NCBI GenBank assembly: GCA_964016885.1
Contig: OZ024743.1
Location: forward strand, 271,560,001 to 271,624,000
Direction of reading: 5' to 3'
DNA: 64,000 bases
Origin: Eledone cirrhosa
Lineage: Eukaryota
The position numbers were made by a program, and so were the translations under genes. Within the stretch, counting starts at the first letter, position 1, and each line of letters opens with the position of its first letter. The notes under the pieces were generated by a model. The model ran no database searches, had not been told where the DNA came from, and saw nothing but the letters and a program-made list of their open reading frames with translations. Below, piece by piece: positions 39,346 to 52,600 of this stretch.

Positions 39346-39429
39346 TATCTCACAATGCTTTGTATTAACTACACTATTATATATTTAAATATATAAAGTA
39401 GTGTAGTTAATACAAAGCATTGTGAGATA
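39346..39429. repeat. 84-bp near-perfect palindrome
   Basis: TATCTCACAATGCTTTGTATTAACTACACTA-TTATATATTT|AAATATATAA-(AG)-TAGTGTAGTTAATACAAAGCATTGTGAGATA. Confidence 0.95.
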
Positions 39430-39728
39430 TGTAGTAAAAGACCAATAATTGTTTTGAAAGCCAGTACAATTGCCTCCTGCGTTTTGTTTGTTCATTTGCA
39501 ACTATATATATATATATATATATATACATACATACATATATATACATGTGTGTGTCTGTATATGTGTAAATATGTGTATATATATATACGTATATATATC
39601 TTTATCTACCAAAAAACTGATGAGCTAGAGGTGTTGGCTGAAGATTAGAATGTTTCATTGTTATCATTACATTTGCCATGTTCCCCAGAATTCTCTCAGA
39701 CTTTTGACTTACATATATTTTTTTTAGG

Positions 39729-39999
39729 AAATGTAAAAAATCTCTAACTCAGAAAATAACTGTGAATACAGTCGATTGTTATAAATAATAGGTTAGAAAA
39801 TCGGGTAAAATACCCCTACTGAGAAAAGAAGTGGCCAGTACCTCACAAATTCTGGCTGAGGATTTGAGAGACGCAGAGTTCATTTCTCTGTAGTGGTTTC
39901 TGGCGTCTTATTCCATCTATAAGGATATTTTACCCGATTTTCTAAGGTATTATTTATAGCAACCAACTGTGTTTTTTGCCTTAGAGATTTTCTACATTT
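39729..39999. repeat. Fold-back element 2: inverted arms around a tRNA-like loop
   Basis: ATAAATAATAGGTTAGAAAATCGGGTAAAATA pairs with TATTTTACCCGATTTTCTAAGGTATTATTTAT; outer AAATGTAAAAAATCTCTAA pairs with TTAGAGATTTTCTACATTT. Confidence 0.88.
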
Positions 40000-40055
40000 A
40001 CTATGAATTTCAAGTTAATTCGATGGTTTGTTTACAAATATATATATATTAGTCA

Positions 40056-40488
40056 TGCTGGTGACATGACAAAAAGCATACAATCCACCCTGTGAGGTGG
40101 TCGTACTGGTGACACACCAAAAAAGACTCAGTTAACTCTGCAAAGAGGTTGTACTGGTGACATGTCAAGTAGCACCCAGTTTGCCCTGTAAGTGGTTGCG
40201 CTGGTACTACAATGAAAAAGCAACCAGTCAACCCTGTTAAGTGGTCATTTTGGTGCCATGGCAAACAACACTCAGTCCACCCTGTGAGGTGGTCGTACTG
40301 GTGACACCTCAAAAAACACCCAGTTAATCCTGTAAAGTGGTTGTGCTGATGACATGTGAAATAGCACCCAGTTCCCTCTGTAGGTGGTTGTACTGGTACC
40401 ACAATGAAACAGCACCCAGTTGACCCTATTAAATGGTTATTTTGGTGCCACAGTAAAAAACACCTAGTCTACTCTGTAATGTGGTTGG
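40056..40488 (+). repeat. ~48-bp minisatellite (9 copies, 192-bp higher-order period) derived from an internal SINE segment; SINE tail continues to ~40625
   Basis: Unit ~TRCTGGTGACAYRNNAAAAAGCACCCAGTYNACCCTGTAAAGTGGTYG; runs directly into GCATTAGGAAGGGCATCCAGCC. Confidence 0.85.
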
Positions 40489-40704
40489 CATTAGGAAGGG
40501 CATCCAGCCATAGAAACCAAGCCAGAAACAGTTCCATATGAGCAAGACATGGTCACCTGACTTATCTCACAACGTGACAACCCATCTAATCCAGCAAGCA
40601 TAGTAAATAGACAAACGGCAATGAATGTATCTCCCTCTCTCCCTGTGTGTGTGTGTGCATACATATATGCACTCATATTAGAGGTGTATTTGAAAGCATA
40701 TATG

Positions 40705-40978
40705 TGTTATGTCGTTATGGATAAACGAATATACTGCAACAGTGTAATAACAATATAATCGAAACAAACGGCAATAACCACACGTAACGGAACAACAATC
40801 TTTTAAGAACTAACAATCCAACACACTAACTCGAACTGTGAACTTGACCGCCAACCTTGACTATCAACACACGAGCTGTGGAACTAGTATCAACTTTCCC
40901 ACTTACTCAGGCCGCTACTATTTATATGTAGTGGTCCAGCTCATTCTCGCCAGGGGGGCGTCATACTCTCGCACAACA
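40705..40978 (-). repeat. 3' LTR (274 bp)
   Basis: TGTTATGTC...GCACAACA; direct repeat of 44923-45182; adjacent to the PPT. Confidence 0.95.
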
Positions 40979-40990
40979 TCTCCCCTTTTG
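40979..40990 (-). promoter_or_regulatory. Polypurine tract
   Basis: Minus strand reads CAAAAGGGGAGA immediately before the 3' LTR. Confidence 0.85.
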
Positions 40991-41073
40991 AGATTTCGTG
41001 TTTCACAGGAATAAAGAAAAACTTTTTTTATTTATACTTTTTTTTTCAGTATCTCTTTCGCTTGGGCATTATC

Positions 41074-41148
41074 TCGGGGTTGATAAAATAAAGTACCAGT
41101 AATGTACAGAGTAATTGCTGGCCTTGTGCCAAAAGTAGAAACAATTAT
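41074..41148 (+). mobile_element. 5'-truncated SINE nested in the Gypsy 3' region
   Basis: CGGGGTTGATAAAATAAAGTACCAGT...GCTGGCCTTGTGCCAAAAGTAGAAACAATTAT; family of 31557-31760. Confidence 0.75.
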
Positions 41149-41188
41149 CTCAAGGTGTTTGGTGTGCTTTCTTTTTCTCATGCTGGTT

Positions 41189-43900
41189 CTACGGAACTAC
41201 TACTTTTGGTACCGGTACATTGAATATTTCATAGAATACTTCCATGGGAATTTCTTCTTGATCTTGGGTATACTTCTTCCTTATCTGGTTTATATGCCTC
41301 TTATGTTCACCATGTGACCCTTTAATTTGATACATCATTCTTCCAATTTTTCTGGTAACAAGGCCATCTTCCCAGCCTTCTTTACCATTTCTATAGGTTT
41401 TGAAATGCACTTTATCACATATCTTGACGTATTTCATTGGCTCTTTCGTATTTCCTTTATGTCTTTTTTTCTCTGGTAATAGCTTATCAAAAATGGATTT
41501 TATTCTTCTTGTGATCATCAATTCTGAGGGAGACTTCCCTGAATTTGTACTTGGATTAGGTCACTCTGTATATTCTTAAGAAATTTGTCATTACTTCATT
41601 ACTTAATTCATTTCTCGCTTTTCTTCATGCACTCTTAAAGGTGTCCACATTTTTCTACCTGCCTGTTTGGCCTCGGGTGGTAGGGTGGAGTGAAAATTTA
41701 CTTTATCTCATGCCTTTTACAGAAGTTCTTGAATTCATGCCCAGAGAACTGCGTTACATTGTCAAAACTAGCATGTTGGGGACACCATATCGCGCAAACA
41801 ATTCATATAAAAACTCAGAGGTTGGTCTATAGCACCTGAAAACCTCCGGCCACTCAGTACAGCTATCTACTACTATTAGGTAGTAAGCACCGTTTACCAG
41901 TCCAGCATAGTCAATGTGTACCCTAAACAATGGGTTCTCCGCCTCTGGTCACGATTGATATTTTACCGGCGCGGCTTTTGCCGCGAGCGCACAACCTCGG
42001 CACGTTCTTACCAAGTTTTCAATATCTCGGTCCATAGATGGCCAATAGACATAACTCCTCATAAGTACTTTCATCCTTACTCTTCCTGGATGTCCGCTGT
42101 GAAATTGTTGCAATCACCTTTTTGTAATGTAATTGGAACCACCACTCTTTGGGCATACATCAGAATATCGTCGCAAATTGAAAAACTAATGGTATCTGAA
42201 TTTTAATTCTGTTTATTTTTTAAAGCTTCTTTCATTTTCGTAATATACTAATTACCTACAGTTTTCATTCTTATATCCTGTGCAGTCACTTGTAGTTCTT
42301 GAATAACGTTCGTCATAACACTTTTAATTTCACATTCTGCCTATAGTGTGGCTATAATAGTCTCTTCTAGTGGTTCCATATTTTTGGGAATTAATCTCCA
42401 AAGACAGTCCGCATGACCGACTTTTTTCAATGGAATGTATTGCATTTTGAAATTATAATTTAGTAATATTGCACCCCAACGTTGCTGGCGGTTTGCAGTA
42501 TGAGTCTGTAAACTTTTTTTAGACCCATAAATCTACAGCAAAGGTCTATGATCTGTTTGCAATAAAAAAAAACTTCTGCCATGCAGAAACCTGTGAATTT
42601 TTTACGTGCAAAAATAATTGCTAGGGCCTCCTTTTCAATTTGACCATATCTCTTCTTTGCCGCTATTGTACATATTAGGAATGTAGCTTTGATAATAGTT
42701 TGCCAACCCAAGAAATGCTTGTATGGTTGGAATATTTGTCGACGCAGGCATATTCCCTATTGCGTCTACCCTCGACGTCTACCTCTTTTATCAATTATTT
42801 GCCCTAAGTACTTAATTTGGGGCAAAAAGAATTCGCATTTTTCTTCACTCAAAGTGAACACGAAAACTTTAATTTTCTTAAACACAGCTTTTATGTGTTT
42901 CACATACTGTTCACAACAACTACTCTTGTTCAAAATATCGCCCAAGTCCGGGATTGCAAATTCGCAATTGGATAACATAATATCCATGATTTTGCTGGAA
43001 TATTGCTGGTGCCACGTTTAATCCAAAAGGTAATCATGTTTATCTGTATAATCTCCTGTGTATATTTATTGTCAAATATTTTGAACATTTTTCATTTACT
43101 TTTACCTGTAAATAGGCTTCCGACAGATCTAGTTTTGAAAAACTTTTCCAGCATCTAACTTTGAAAAAAATGTCCTCTGCAGTCGGAAGTGTATGGTGGT
43201 ATGTTTTTAAGCAGTCGGTAAATCCTGTAGAGAAATCGGCACACAGCCTAATCTTATTATTATGTTTTAATACATACAATGGGTGCCGCCCACTTCGAGT
43301 AATCCACCTTTTTGATGAGTAATCCACTGTTTTCTAGTCTGTCCAACTCTTCATTTACGGTTTCAATTGCCGTGAACGGTACTTTTCTGTTTGCTTTAAA
43401 TACAGGTTTCGCGTTTTCACTTACTTGAAAATAGGCTTCAGTCTTTCTACATAGACCTAAATCCTCTGATAATACTTGCAGGAATATTTTTTTAAATTTA
43501 TTCTTCAGCTCTTCTGAAGACCTTTTTTTAACGGGACAACCATTTATGTTATTGCAGTAAAGATTTATGGGGAGGTGCCATAAATCGAATAGTTCCAACC
43601 AATCTATGCCAAACAAATTGATTGTATTATCCACAACGAATAATTTTGCTTCATGTGTCTCTCCACGAAATGTGACATTAATACACGTTTTGCCCAAGAA
43701 ATGTAATTTTCGCCAGTTACACCACGCGCTATTTTCGCTGTTTTACGTAATTTCGGTTTACCAATTTTTTTCCAAGTATCCGCATTTATAATCGAGATAT
43801 CACTACCTGTGTCTAACAGTAATTTGGTATTCACATCTTTTATTTTTACGTGCACGAATTTTCTTGTTTTTCCGTCACAATCACTCTCCACTGAAAACAA
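41189..43900 (-). pseudogene. Gypsy pol (protease, RT, RNase H, integrase), disrupted
   Basis: LLDTGSDISII (PR); SKWAAPIV, IRLCADFS, FSKLDLSEAYLQ, degenerate YLDD (DLGDIL), QIKYLGQII (RT); YGQIEKEALAIIFA (RH); HIDYAGL and W..G.V...IG..MY...KRHINQIR (IN region). Confidence 0.92.
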
Positions 43901-43929
43901 CTTAGAACTTTGTGTATTTGAGCCTCATA

Positions 43930-44868
43930 GTCTTGTTGTACAGTGAGAACTTCTGTGTCCCAGCTTCTGACAACTATAGCATTTTTGGTATTTAAACGGA
44001 CAATCCTTTTTATAGTGTAGGCCTCCACAACCATAACACAGATTGGGGTCTGACACTTTTTTTTAATTGTACTTCCCCGGACGACACATTTGAATTTTTG
44101 CAGAGTCTTTTAAGATTTACCATAGTTTGACACTCGTCTATGATGGTCTGTTGGTTTGCTTGTTCCATTTTCGAGAGAATCCTTGCTCGAATTTTTATTT
44201 CTTCAGGTGCTATAAGTCCTTGCACGAAGATTAGTGATTTGAACATATCCTGAGTGAGATCCTGGAATTTGAAATTTTCGCACATTCGGTTGACTACTCC
44301 GGCGTAGGTGGTAAAATCTTCCTAATTTTTTGTTAAGTTCCAACACTTCATTCTGGTGTTAAATAATTGTTTCTACCTTAGGCACAAGACCAGCAATTAC
44401 CCAGTGCATTACTGGTACTTTATTTTATCTACCCCGTAAGGATGAAAGGCAAAGTCAACCTCGTAATGAACATCTATCACAAAAAAAGTTTTGAAAGCAA
44501 TTCCGCAGTTTCTTGGAAACCAATCTCACTTGACATTTTGGGCAGAATAAAGTTACAGTAACACTCATATTTGACAGGAGCTACCTTGCGTAGTAAAAAC
44601 CTTACTTCTCCTCCGACCATGACTTGCACACGTTAAAAATTTCCTCGTATCTTTTATAATACGCAGGAAACGTAATACCCTTCTCCGGATTATACGTAAA
44701 TTCAGAAATTGGGTTAGCCATGACGTCTGGCGTGAACGCGCTTACTGGATTTTCGGACTTCGTCGACTGTAACTTAATTAATTGTTGTTGTATTTGTTTT
44801 ACAACACCTGTAGTTATACCTGTTGCTTCTCTTGAAGCTGTACTACTGCGGCTAATAGGTTTTCCATG
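43930..44868 (-). pseudogene. Gypsy gag with tandem CCHC zinc knuckles, disrupted
   Basis: CYGCGGLHYKKDCPFKYQKCYSCQKLGHRSSHC at ~43940-44038; CENFKFQDLTQDMFKSLIFVQGL is typical of this group. Confidence 0.85.
44363..44463 (-). mobile_element. 5'-truncated SINE nested in Gypsy gag
   Basis: CTGGTACTTTATTTTATCTACCCCGTAAGGATGAAAGGCAAAGTCAACCTCG; inverted relative to 41074-41148. Confidence 0.8.
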
Positions 44869-44908
44869 ACGCAGAAATTGTCAAATAACCAATGTGAGTT
44901 TCGAACGG

Positions 44909-44920
44909 TCCTCGTTGCCA
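44909..44920 (-). promoter_or_regulatory. Primer binding site, probably tRNA-Ser(GCU)
   Basis: Minus strand TGGCAACGAGGA 2 nt after the 5' LTR; one mismatch from TGGCGACGAGGA, the complement of the metazoan tRNA-Ser(GCU) 3' end. Confidence 0.75.
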
Positions 44921-44922
44921 GA

Positions 44923-45182
44923 TGTTATGTCCTTATGGATAAACGAATACACTGCAACAGTGTAATAAGAATATAATCGAAACAAACGGCAATAACCACA
45001 CGTAACGCAACAACAATCTTTTAAGAACTAAATTTCCAACACGCTAAATTGAACTCCAACTTGACGATCAACACATTAACTGTGGAACTAGTACCAGCCT
45101 TCCCACTTACTCAGGCCGCTACTATTTATATGCAGTGGTCCAGCCCAATCCTGCCAGTGGGGCGTCGTACTCTCGCACAACA
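44923..45182 (-). repeat. 5' LTR (260 bp)
   Basis: TGTTATGTC...GCACAACA; minus-strand TATA-like ATATAAATA; adjacent to the PBS. Confidence 0.95.
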
Positions 45183-45422
45183 ATATGATATGTATATTTT
45201 AAGCTGTGATCATGTCACAGCTATCTCAATTGCTGTGTGAAAATGTCAGACATGTGTCTGTGGATTTTTATCTATCATCAATGACATTAACTCAGTCGGT
45301 ACAGGGACAAGAATAAGCTATAGCTTATATGCTTTTTGGCATATGAAACATCAGCTGGAGATGGTTATTTGCATACCATATATGTCTGCATATACACTTT
45401 TATTATGAACCATGCTACACTC

Positions 45423-45453
45423 ATATATACATATATACACTCACATATATATA

Positions 45454-45492
<39 letters not shown>

Positions 45493-45710
45493 GAAAAAAA
45501 TATCGTTTTTTTACAAAAAAAATTAAAAAATTGGAGACAGGTGAAGTTAAAACAGCTCAAAATATAGTAGTTTATTTTAATTAATGCATATATATATATA
45601 TACACACACATAATATATACATATATATATATACTCATATATACATATATACATTCATATACACATATATATATACTCATATATACATATATACATTCAT
45701 ATACACATAT
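45423..45710. repeat. TA/CA-rich compound microsatellite region
   Basis: (TA)n, (TG)n and a duplicated ATATACTCATATATACATATATACATTCATATACAC block. Confidence 0.85.
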
Positions 45711-45730
45711 GTTGAACTAAGACTACCTAC

Positions 45731-45885
45731 CAGTTATTCATAGTTACATCTTTGATTTCAATATTAGTCAAGAACCAGCTTGGAGATTTGCCTTCACTGT
45801 CATGCCAAATTCTTAGAGAGTGCAGAGGCCCAAGATGGCATTCAGTTTGTAAAATAAAATCTGACATTGTTCCACTGCTGAAATT
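45731..45885 (-). CDS. Polycystin-1-like exon, PLAT/LH2 domain core
   Basis: aatttcag|AATTTC...AACTG|gtaggt; phase 0 to 2; NFSSGTMSDFILQTECHLGPLHSLRIWHDSEGKSPSWFLTNIEIKDVTMNN(W) matches LG.L..LRIWHD..G.SPSWFL and joins 38207 in frame. Confidence 0.95.
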
Positions 45886-46637
45886 CTGAAATTGCACAAA
45901 TAACACACAAAAATGTAAGAAAGATAGATAAGTAAAACTATTCCTTACTTTGCTACAAGCAAGGTCAGCACCTGGTTATTTAGTGCACTAGGCTAGACCA
46001 ACAAATGTGTGCCCCATTCACCAAAATAAAATAACTTCAATATACAGTTTGGTAAGCTGAAAAATCTAGTTTTTGACACTTCTTGCTCTGATCACACTAA
46101 GAAAATTATTAAGCCTGCATTTTCTACTACACAGTCCACACCCACCCAGGCCAAATAATTGTTACAGGTTATAACATCATACAGCTCTATCCACCACTTT
46201 CGATATTTCCACAATGTTGCAATGTGTAATGTATTGCTCTAAGACATGAGCTCTAGGTGGCTGCTTAGTTGGTCTAATGGTAGCACTGGACCTGAACACA
46301 AGGCTTTATATTTATAGGAAAAATGAAACAAGAGTTTGTGAGCTTCATGCCTCGGCAAACATCATCACTGTTGTAAATGAAGTAAGGTATTTTACTTCCA
46401 GTCAGAACTTTCCAGACAAAAACAAGCTGACCAGCAGAAGTAAAATACAATATATCGGGAAATTAACATTAGTTCATAAACTACTATACACAGTCAAAGT
46501 GGAACATCTACATGGTCACTCAACCTGCTTAAAAAAACTGCTGAATCACCTCAAAACATAATCTATCATCTTAAAAAAAGAAGTAACGAATACATGGCAT
46601 AATAAAGTCCAAGATACAAAATATCTGAAATAAAAGC

Positions 46638-49600
46638 AATAATGACAACAGTAATGACAACAACAGTAACAGCAATATTAACAGTAATGACAACAACAGT
46701 AACGACAACACAACAGCAATAACAATAGTGCAACAGTAACAGCAATAATAACAGTAACAACAGTAATGACAACACAACAGTAACAGCAATAACAATAGTA
46801 ATGGCAACAATAACAGTAACAGCAATAACAATAGTAATGGCAACAACAGTAACAGCAATAATAACAGTAATGACAACAACAACAGTAACAGCAATAATAA
46901 CAGTAATGACAACAACAACAGTAACAGCAATAACAACAGTAATAACATCAACAACAGTAACAGCAATAATAACAGTAATGACATCAACAGTAACAGAAAT
47001 AACAGTAATGACAACAACAACAGTAACAGCAATAACAACAGTAATGACAACAACAACAGTAACAGCAATAATAACAGTAATGAAATCAACAGTAACAGCA
47101 ATAACAACAGTAATGACAACAACAACAGTAACAGCAATAACAACCGTAATGACAACAACAACAGTAATGACAACAACAACAGTAACAGCAATAACAACAG
47201 TAATGACAACAACAACAGTAACAGCAATAACAACAGTAATGACAACAACAGTAACAGCAATAACAACAGTAATGACAACAACAACAGTAACAGCAATAAC
47301 AGCAGTAATGACAACAACAGTAACATCAATAACAACAGTAATGACAACAATAACAGTAATGACAACAACAGTAACAGCAATAATAACAGTAATGACAACA
47401 ACAGTAACAGCAATAATAACAGTAATGACAACAACAACAGTAACAGCAATAACAACAGTAATGACAACAATAACAGTAACAGCAATAACAACAGTAATGT
47501 CAACAACAACAGTAACAGCAATAACAACAGTAATGACAACAACAACAGTAACAGCAATAACAACAGTAATGACAACAACAGTAACAGTAATAACAACAGT
47601 AATGACAACAACAACAGTAACAGTAATAATAACAGTAGTGACAACAACAGTAACAGCAATAATAACAGTAATGACAACAACAACAGTAACAGTAACAGCA
47701 ATAACAACAGTAATGTCAACAACAACAGTAACAGCAATAACAACAGTAATGACAACAACAACAGTAACATCAATAACAACAGTAATGACAACAACAGTAA
47801 CAGCAATAATAATAGTAATGACAAGAACAACAGTAACAGCAATAACAACAGTAATGACAACAACAGTAACAGCAATAACAACAGTAATGACAACAACAAC
47901 AACAGTAACAGCAATAACAACAGTAATGACAACAACAGTAACAGCAATAACAACAGTAATGACAACACCAAAAGTAACAGAAATAATAACAACAGTAATG
48001 ACAACAACAACAGTAACAGCAATAACAACAGTAATGACAACAACAGTAACAGCAATAAAAACAGTAATGACAACAACAATAGTAACAGAAATAATAACAA
48101 CAGTAATGACAACACCAGTAACAGCAATAACAACAGTAATGACAACAACAGTAACAGCAATAACAACAGTAATTACAACAACAACAGTAACAGCAATAAC
48201 AACAGCAATGACAACAACAACAGTAACAGCAATAACAACAGTAATGACAACAACAAAAGTAACAGCAATAACAACAGTAATGACAACAACAACAATAACG
48301 GCAATAACAACAGTAATGACAACAACAGTAACAGCAATAACAACAGTAATGACAACAACAGTAACAGCAATAATAATAGTAATGACAAGAACAACAGTAA
48401 CAGCAATAACAACAGAAATGACAACAACAGTAACAGCAATAACAACAGTAATGACAACAACAACAACAGTAACAGCAATAACAACAGTAATGACAACAAC
48501 AGTAACAGCAATAACAACAGTAATGACAACACCAACAGTAACAGAAATAATAACAACAGTAATTACAACAACAACAGTAACAGCAATAACAACAGTAATG
48601 ACAACAACAGTAACAGCAATAAAAACAGTAATGACAACAACAATAGTAACAGAAATAATAACAACAGTAATGACAACAACAGTAACAGCAATAACAACAG
48701 TAATTACAACAACAACAGTAATTACAACAACAACAGTAACAGCAATAACAACAGCAATGACAACAACAACAGTAACAGCAATAACAACAGTAATGACAAA
48801 AACAACAGTAACAGCAATAACAACAGTAATGACAACAACAGTAACAGCAATAACAACAGTAATGACAACAACAACAATAACGGCAATAACAACAGTAATG
48901 ACAACAACAGTAACAGCAATAACAACAGTAATGACAACAACAGTAACAGCAATAATAACAGTAATGACAACAACAGTAACAGCAATAACAACAGTAATGA
49001 CAACAACAGTAACAGCAATAACAACAGTAATGACAACAACAGTAACAGCAATAACAACAGTAATGACAACAACAACAGTAACAGTAATGACAACACCAGT
49101 AACAGCAATAACAACAGTAATGACAACAACAACAGTAACAGCAATAACAACAGTAATGACAACAACAACAGTAACAGCAATAATAATAGTAATGACAAGA
49201 ACAACAGTAACAGCAATAATAATAGTAATGACAAGAACAACAGTAACAGCAATAACAACAGTAATGACAACAACAGTAACAGCAATAACAACAGTAATGA
49301 CAACAACAAGAGTAACAGCAATAACAACAGTAATGACAACAACAGTAACAGCAATAAAAACAGTAATGACAACAACAATAGTAACAGAAATAATAACAAC
49401 AGTAATGACAACACCAGTAACAGCAATAACAACAGTAATGACAACAACAGTAACAGCAATAACAACAGTAATTACAACAACAACAGTAATTACAACAACA
49501 ACAGTAACAGCAATAACAACAGTAATGACAACAACAGTAACAGCAATAAAAACAGTAATGACAACAACAATAGTAACAGAAATAATAACAACAGTAATGA

Positions 49601-52600
49601 CAACACCAGTAACAGCAATAACAACAGTAATGACAACAACAGTAACAGCAATAACAACAGTAATTACAACAACAACAGTAATTACAACAACAACAGTAAC
49701 AGCAATAACAACAGCAATGACAACAACAACAGTAACAGCAATAACAACAGTAATGACAAAAACAACAGTAACAGCAATAACAACAGTAATGACAACAACA
49801 GTAACAGCAATAACAACAGTAATGACAACAACAACAATAACGGCAATAACAACAGTAATGACAACAACAGTAACAGCAACAACAACAGTAATGACAACAA
49901 CAGTAACAGCAATAATAACAGTAATGACAACAACAGTAACAGCAATAACAACAGTAATGACAACAACAGTAACAGCGATAACAACAGTAATGACAACAAC
50001 AGTAACAGCAATAACAACAGTAATGACAACAACAACAGTAACAGTAATGACAACACCAGTAACAACAATAACAACAGTAATGACAACAACAAGAGTAACA
50101 TCAATAACAACAGTAATGTCAACAACAACAGTAACAGCAATAACAACAGTAATGACAACAACAACAGTAACATCAATAAGAACAGTAATGACAACAACAG
50201 TAACAGCAATAATAATAGTAATGACAAGAACAACAGTAACAGCAATAACAACAGTAATGACAACAACAACAGTAACAGCAATAACAACAGTAATGACAAC
50301 AACAGTAACAGCAATAAAAACAGTAATGACAACAACAATAGTAACAGAAATAATAACAACAGTAATGACAACACCAGTAACAGCAATAACAACAGTAATG
50401 ACAACAACAGTAACAGCAATAACAACAGTAATTACAACAACAACAGTAATTACAACAACAACAGTAACAGCAATAACAACAGCAATGACAACAACAACAG
50501 TAACAGCAATAACAACAGTAATGACAACAACAGTAACAGCAATAACAACAGTAATGACAACAACAACAGTAATGACAACAACAGTAACAGCAATAACAAC
50601 AGTAATGACAACAACAGTAACAGCAATAACAACATTAATGACAACAACAAAAACAACAACAGTAACAGCAATAACAACAGTAATGACAACAACAGTAACA
50701 GCAATAACAACAGTAATGACAACACCAACAGTAACAGAAATAATAACGACAGTAATTACAACAACAACAGTAACAGCAATAACAACAGTAATGACAACAA
50801 CAGTAACAGCAATAAAAACAGTAATGACAACAACAATAGTAACAGAAATAATAACAACAGTAATGACAACACCAGTAACAGCAATAACAACAGTAATGAC
50901 AACAACAGTAACAGCAATAATAACAGTAATGACAACAACAACAGTAACAGCAATAACAACAGCAATGACAACAACAGTAACAGCAATAACAACAGTAATG
51001 ACAACAACAACAATAACGGCAATAACAACAGTAATGACAACAACAGTAACAGCAATAACAACAGTAATGACAACAACAGTAACAGCAATAATAACAGTAA
51101 TGACAACAACAGTAACAGCAATAACAACAGTAATGACAACAACAGTAACAGCAATAACAACAGTAATGACAACAACAACAGTAACAGCAATAACAACAGT
51201 AATGACAACAACAGTAACAGCAATAAAAACAGTAATGACAACAACAATAGTAACAGAAATAATAACAACAGTAATGACAACACCAGTAACAGCAATAACA
51301 ACAGTAATGACAACAACAGTAACAGCAATAACAACAGTAATTACAACAACAACAGTAATTACAACAACAACAGTAACAGCAATAACAACAGCAATGACAA
51401 CAACAACAGTAACAGCAATAACAACAGTAATGACAACAACAACAGTAACAGCAATAACAACAGTAATGACAACAACAGTAACAGCAATAACAACAGTAAT
51501 GACAACAACAACAATAACGGCAATAACAACAGTAATTACAACAACAACAGTAACAGAAATAATAACAACAGTAATTACAACAACAACAGTAACAGCAATA
51601 ACAACAGTAATGACAACAACAGTAACAGCAATAACAACAGTAATGACAACACCAACAGTAACAGAAATAATAACAACAGTAATTACAACAACAACAGTAA
51701 CAGCAATAACAACAGTAATGACAACACCAGTAACAGCAATAACAACAGTAATGACAACAACAGTAACAGCAACAACAACAGTAATTACAACAACAACAGT
51801 AACAGCAATAACAACAGCAATGACAACAACAACAGTAACAGCAATAACAACAGTAATGACAACAACAACAGTAACAGCAATAACAACAGTAATGACAACA
51901 ACAGTAACAGCAATAACAACAGTAATGACAACAACAACAATAACGGCAATAACAACAATAATGACAACAACAGTAACAGCAATAACAACAGTAATGACAA
52001 CAACAGTAACAGCAATAATAACAGTAATGACAACAACAGTAACAGCAATAACAACAGTAATGACAACAACAGTAACAGCAATAACAACAGTAATGACAAC
52101 AACAACAGTAACAGTGATGACAACACCAGTAACAGCAATAACAACAGTAATGACAACAACAACAGTAACAGCAATAACAACAGTAATGACATCAACAGTA
52201 ACAGTAATGACAACAACAATAGTAACAGAAATAATAACAACAGCAATGACAACAACAACAGTAACAGCAATAACAACAGTAACAGCAATAACAACAGTAA
52301 TGACAACAACAACAGTAACAGCAATAATAACAGTAATGACAACAACAGTAACAGCAATAATAACAGTAATGACAACAACAATAGTAACAGCAATAACAAC
52401 AGTAATGACAACAACAACAGTAACAGCAATAACAACAGTAATGACAACAACAGTAACAGCAATAACAACAGTAATGACAACAACAACAGTAACAGCAATA
52501 ATAACAGTAATGACAACAACAGTAACAGCAATAATAACAGTAATGACAACAACAATAGTAACAGAAATAATAACAGTAATGACAACAACAATAGTAACAG

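Larger units (their letters stand above)
40705..45182 (-). mobile_element. Full-length decayed Ty3/Gypsy LTR retrotransposon (Mag/K02A2.6-like)
   Basis: Two TG...CA LTRs, ATATG 5-bp TSD on both sides, PBS, PPT, and gag-PR-RT-RH-IN order with many frameshifts and stops. Confidence 0.96.

Noticed and set aside
46550-46623. Candidate exon after the acceptor-like site at the array edge
   Set aside because: No PLAT similarity, and the only open reading ends in phase 2, incompatible with the phase-0 exon at 45885.
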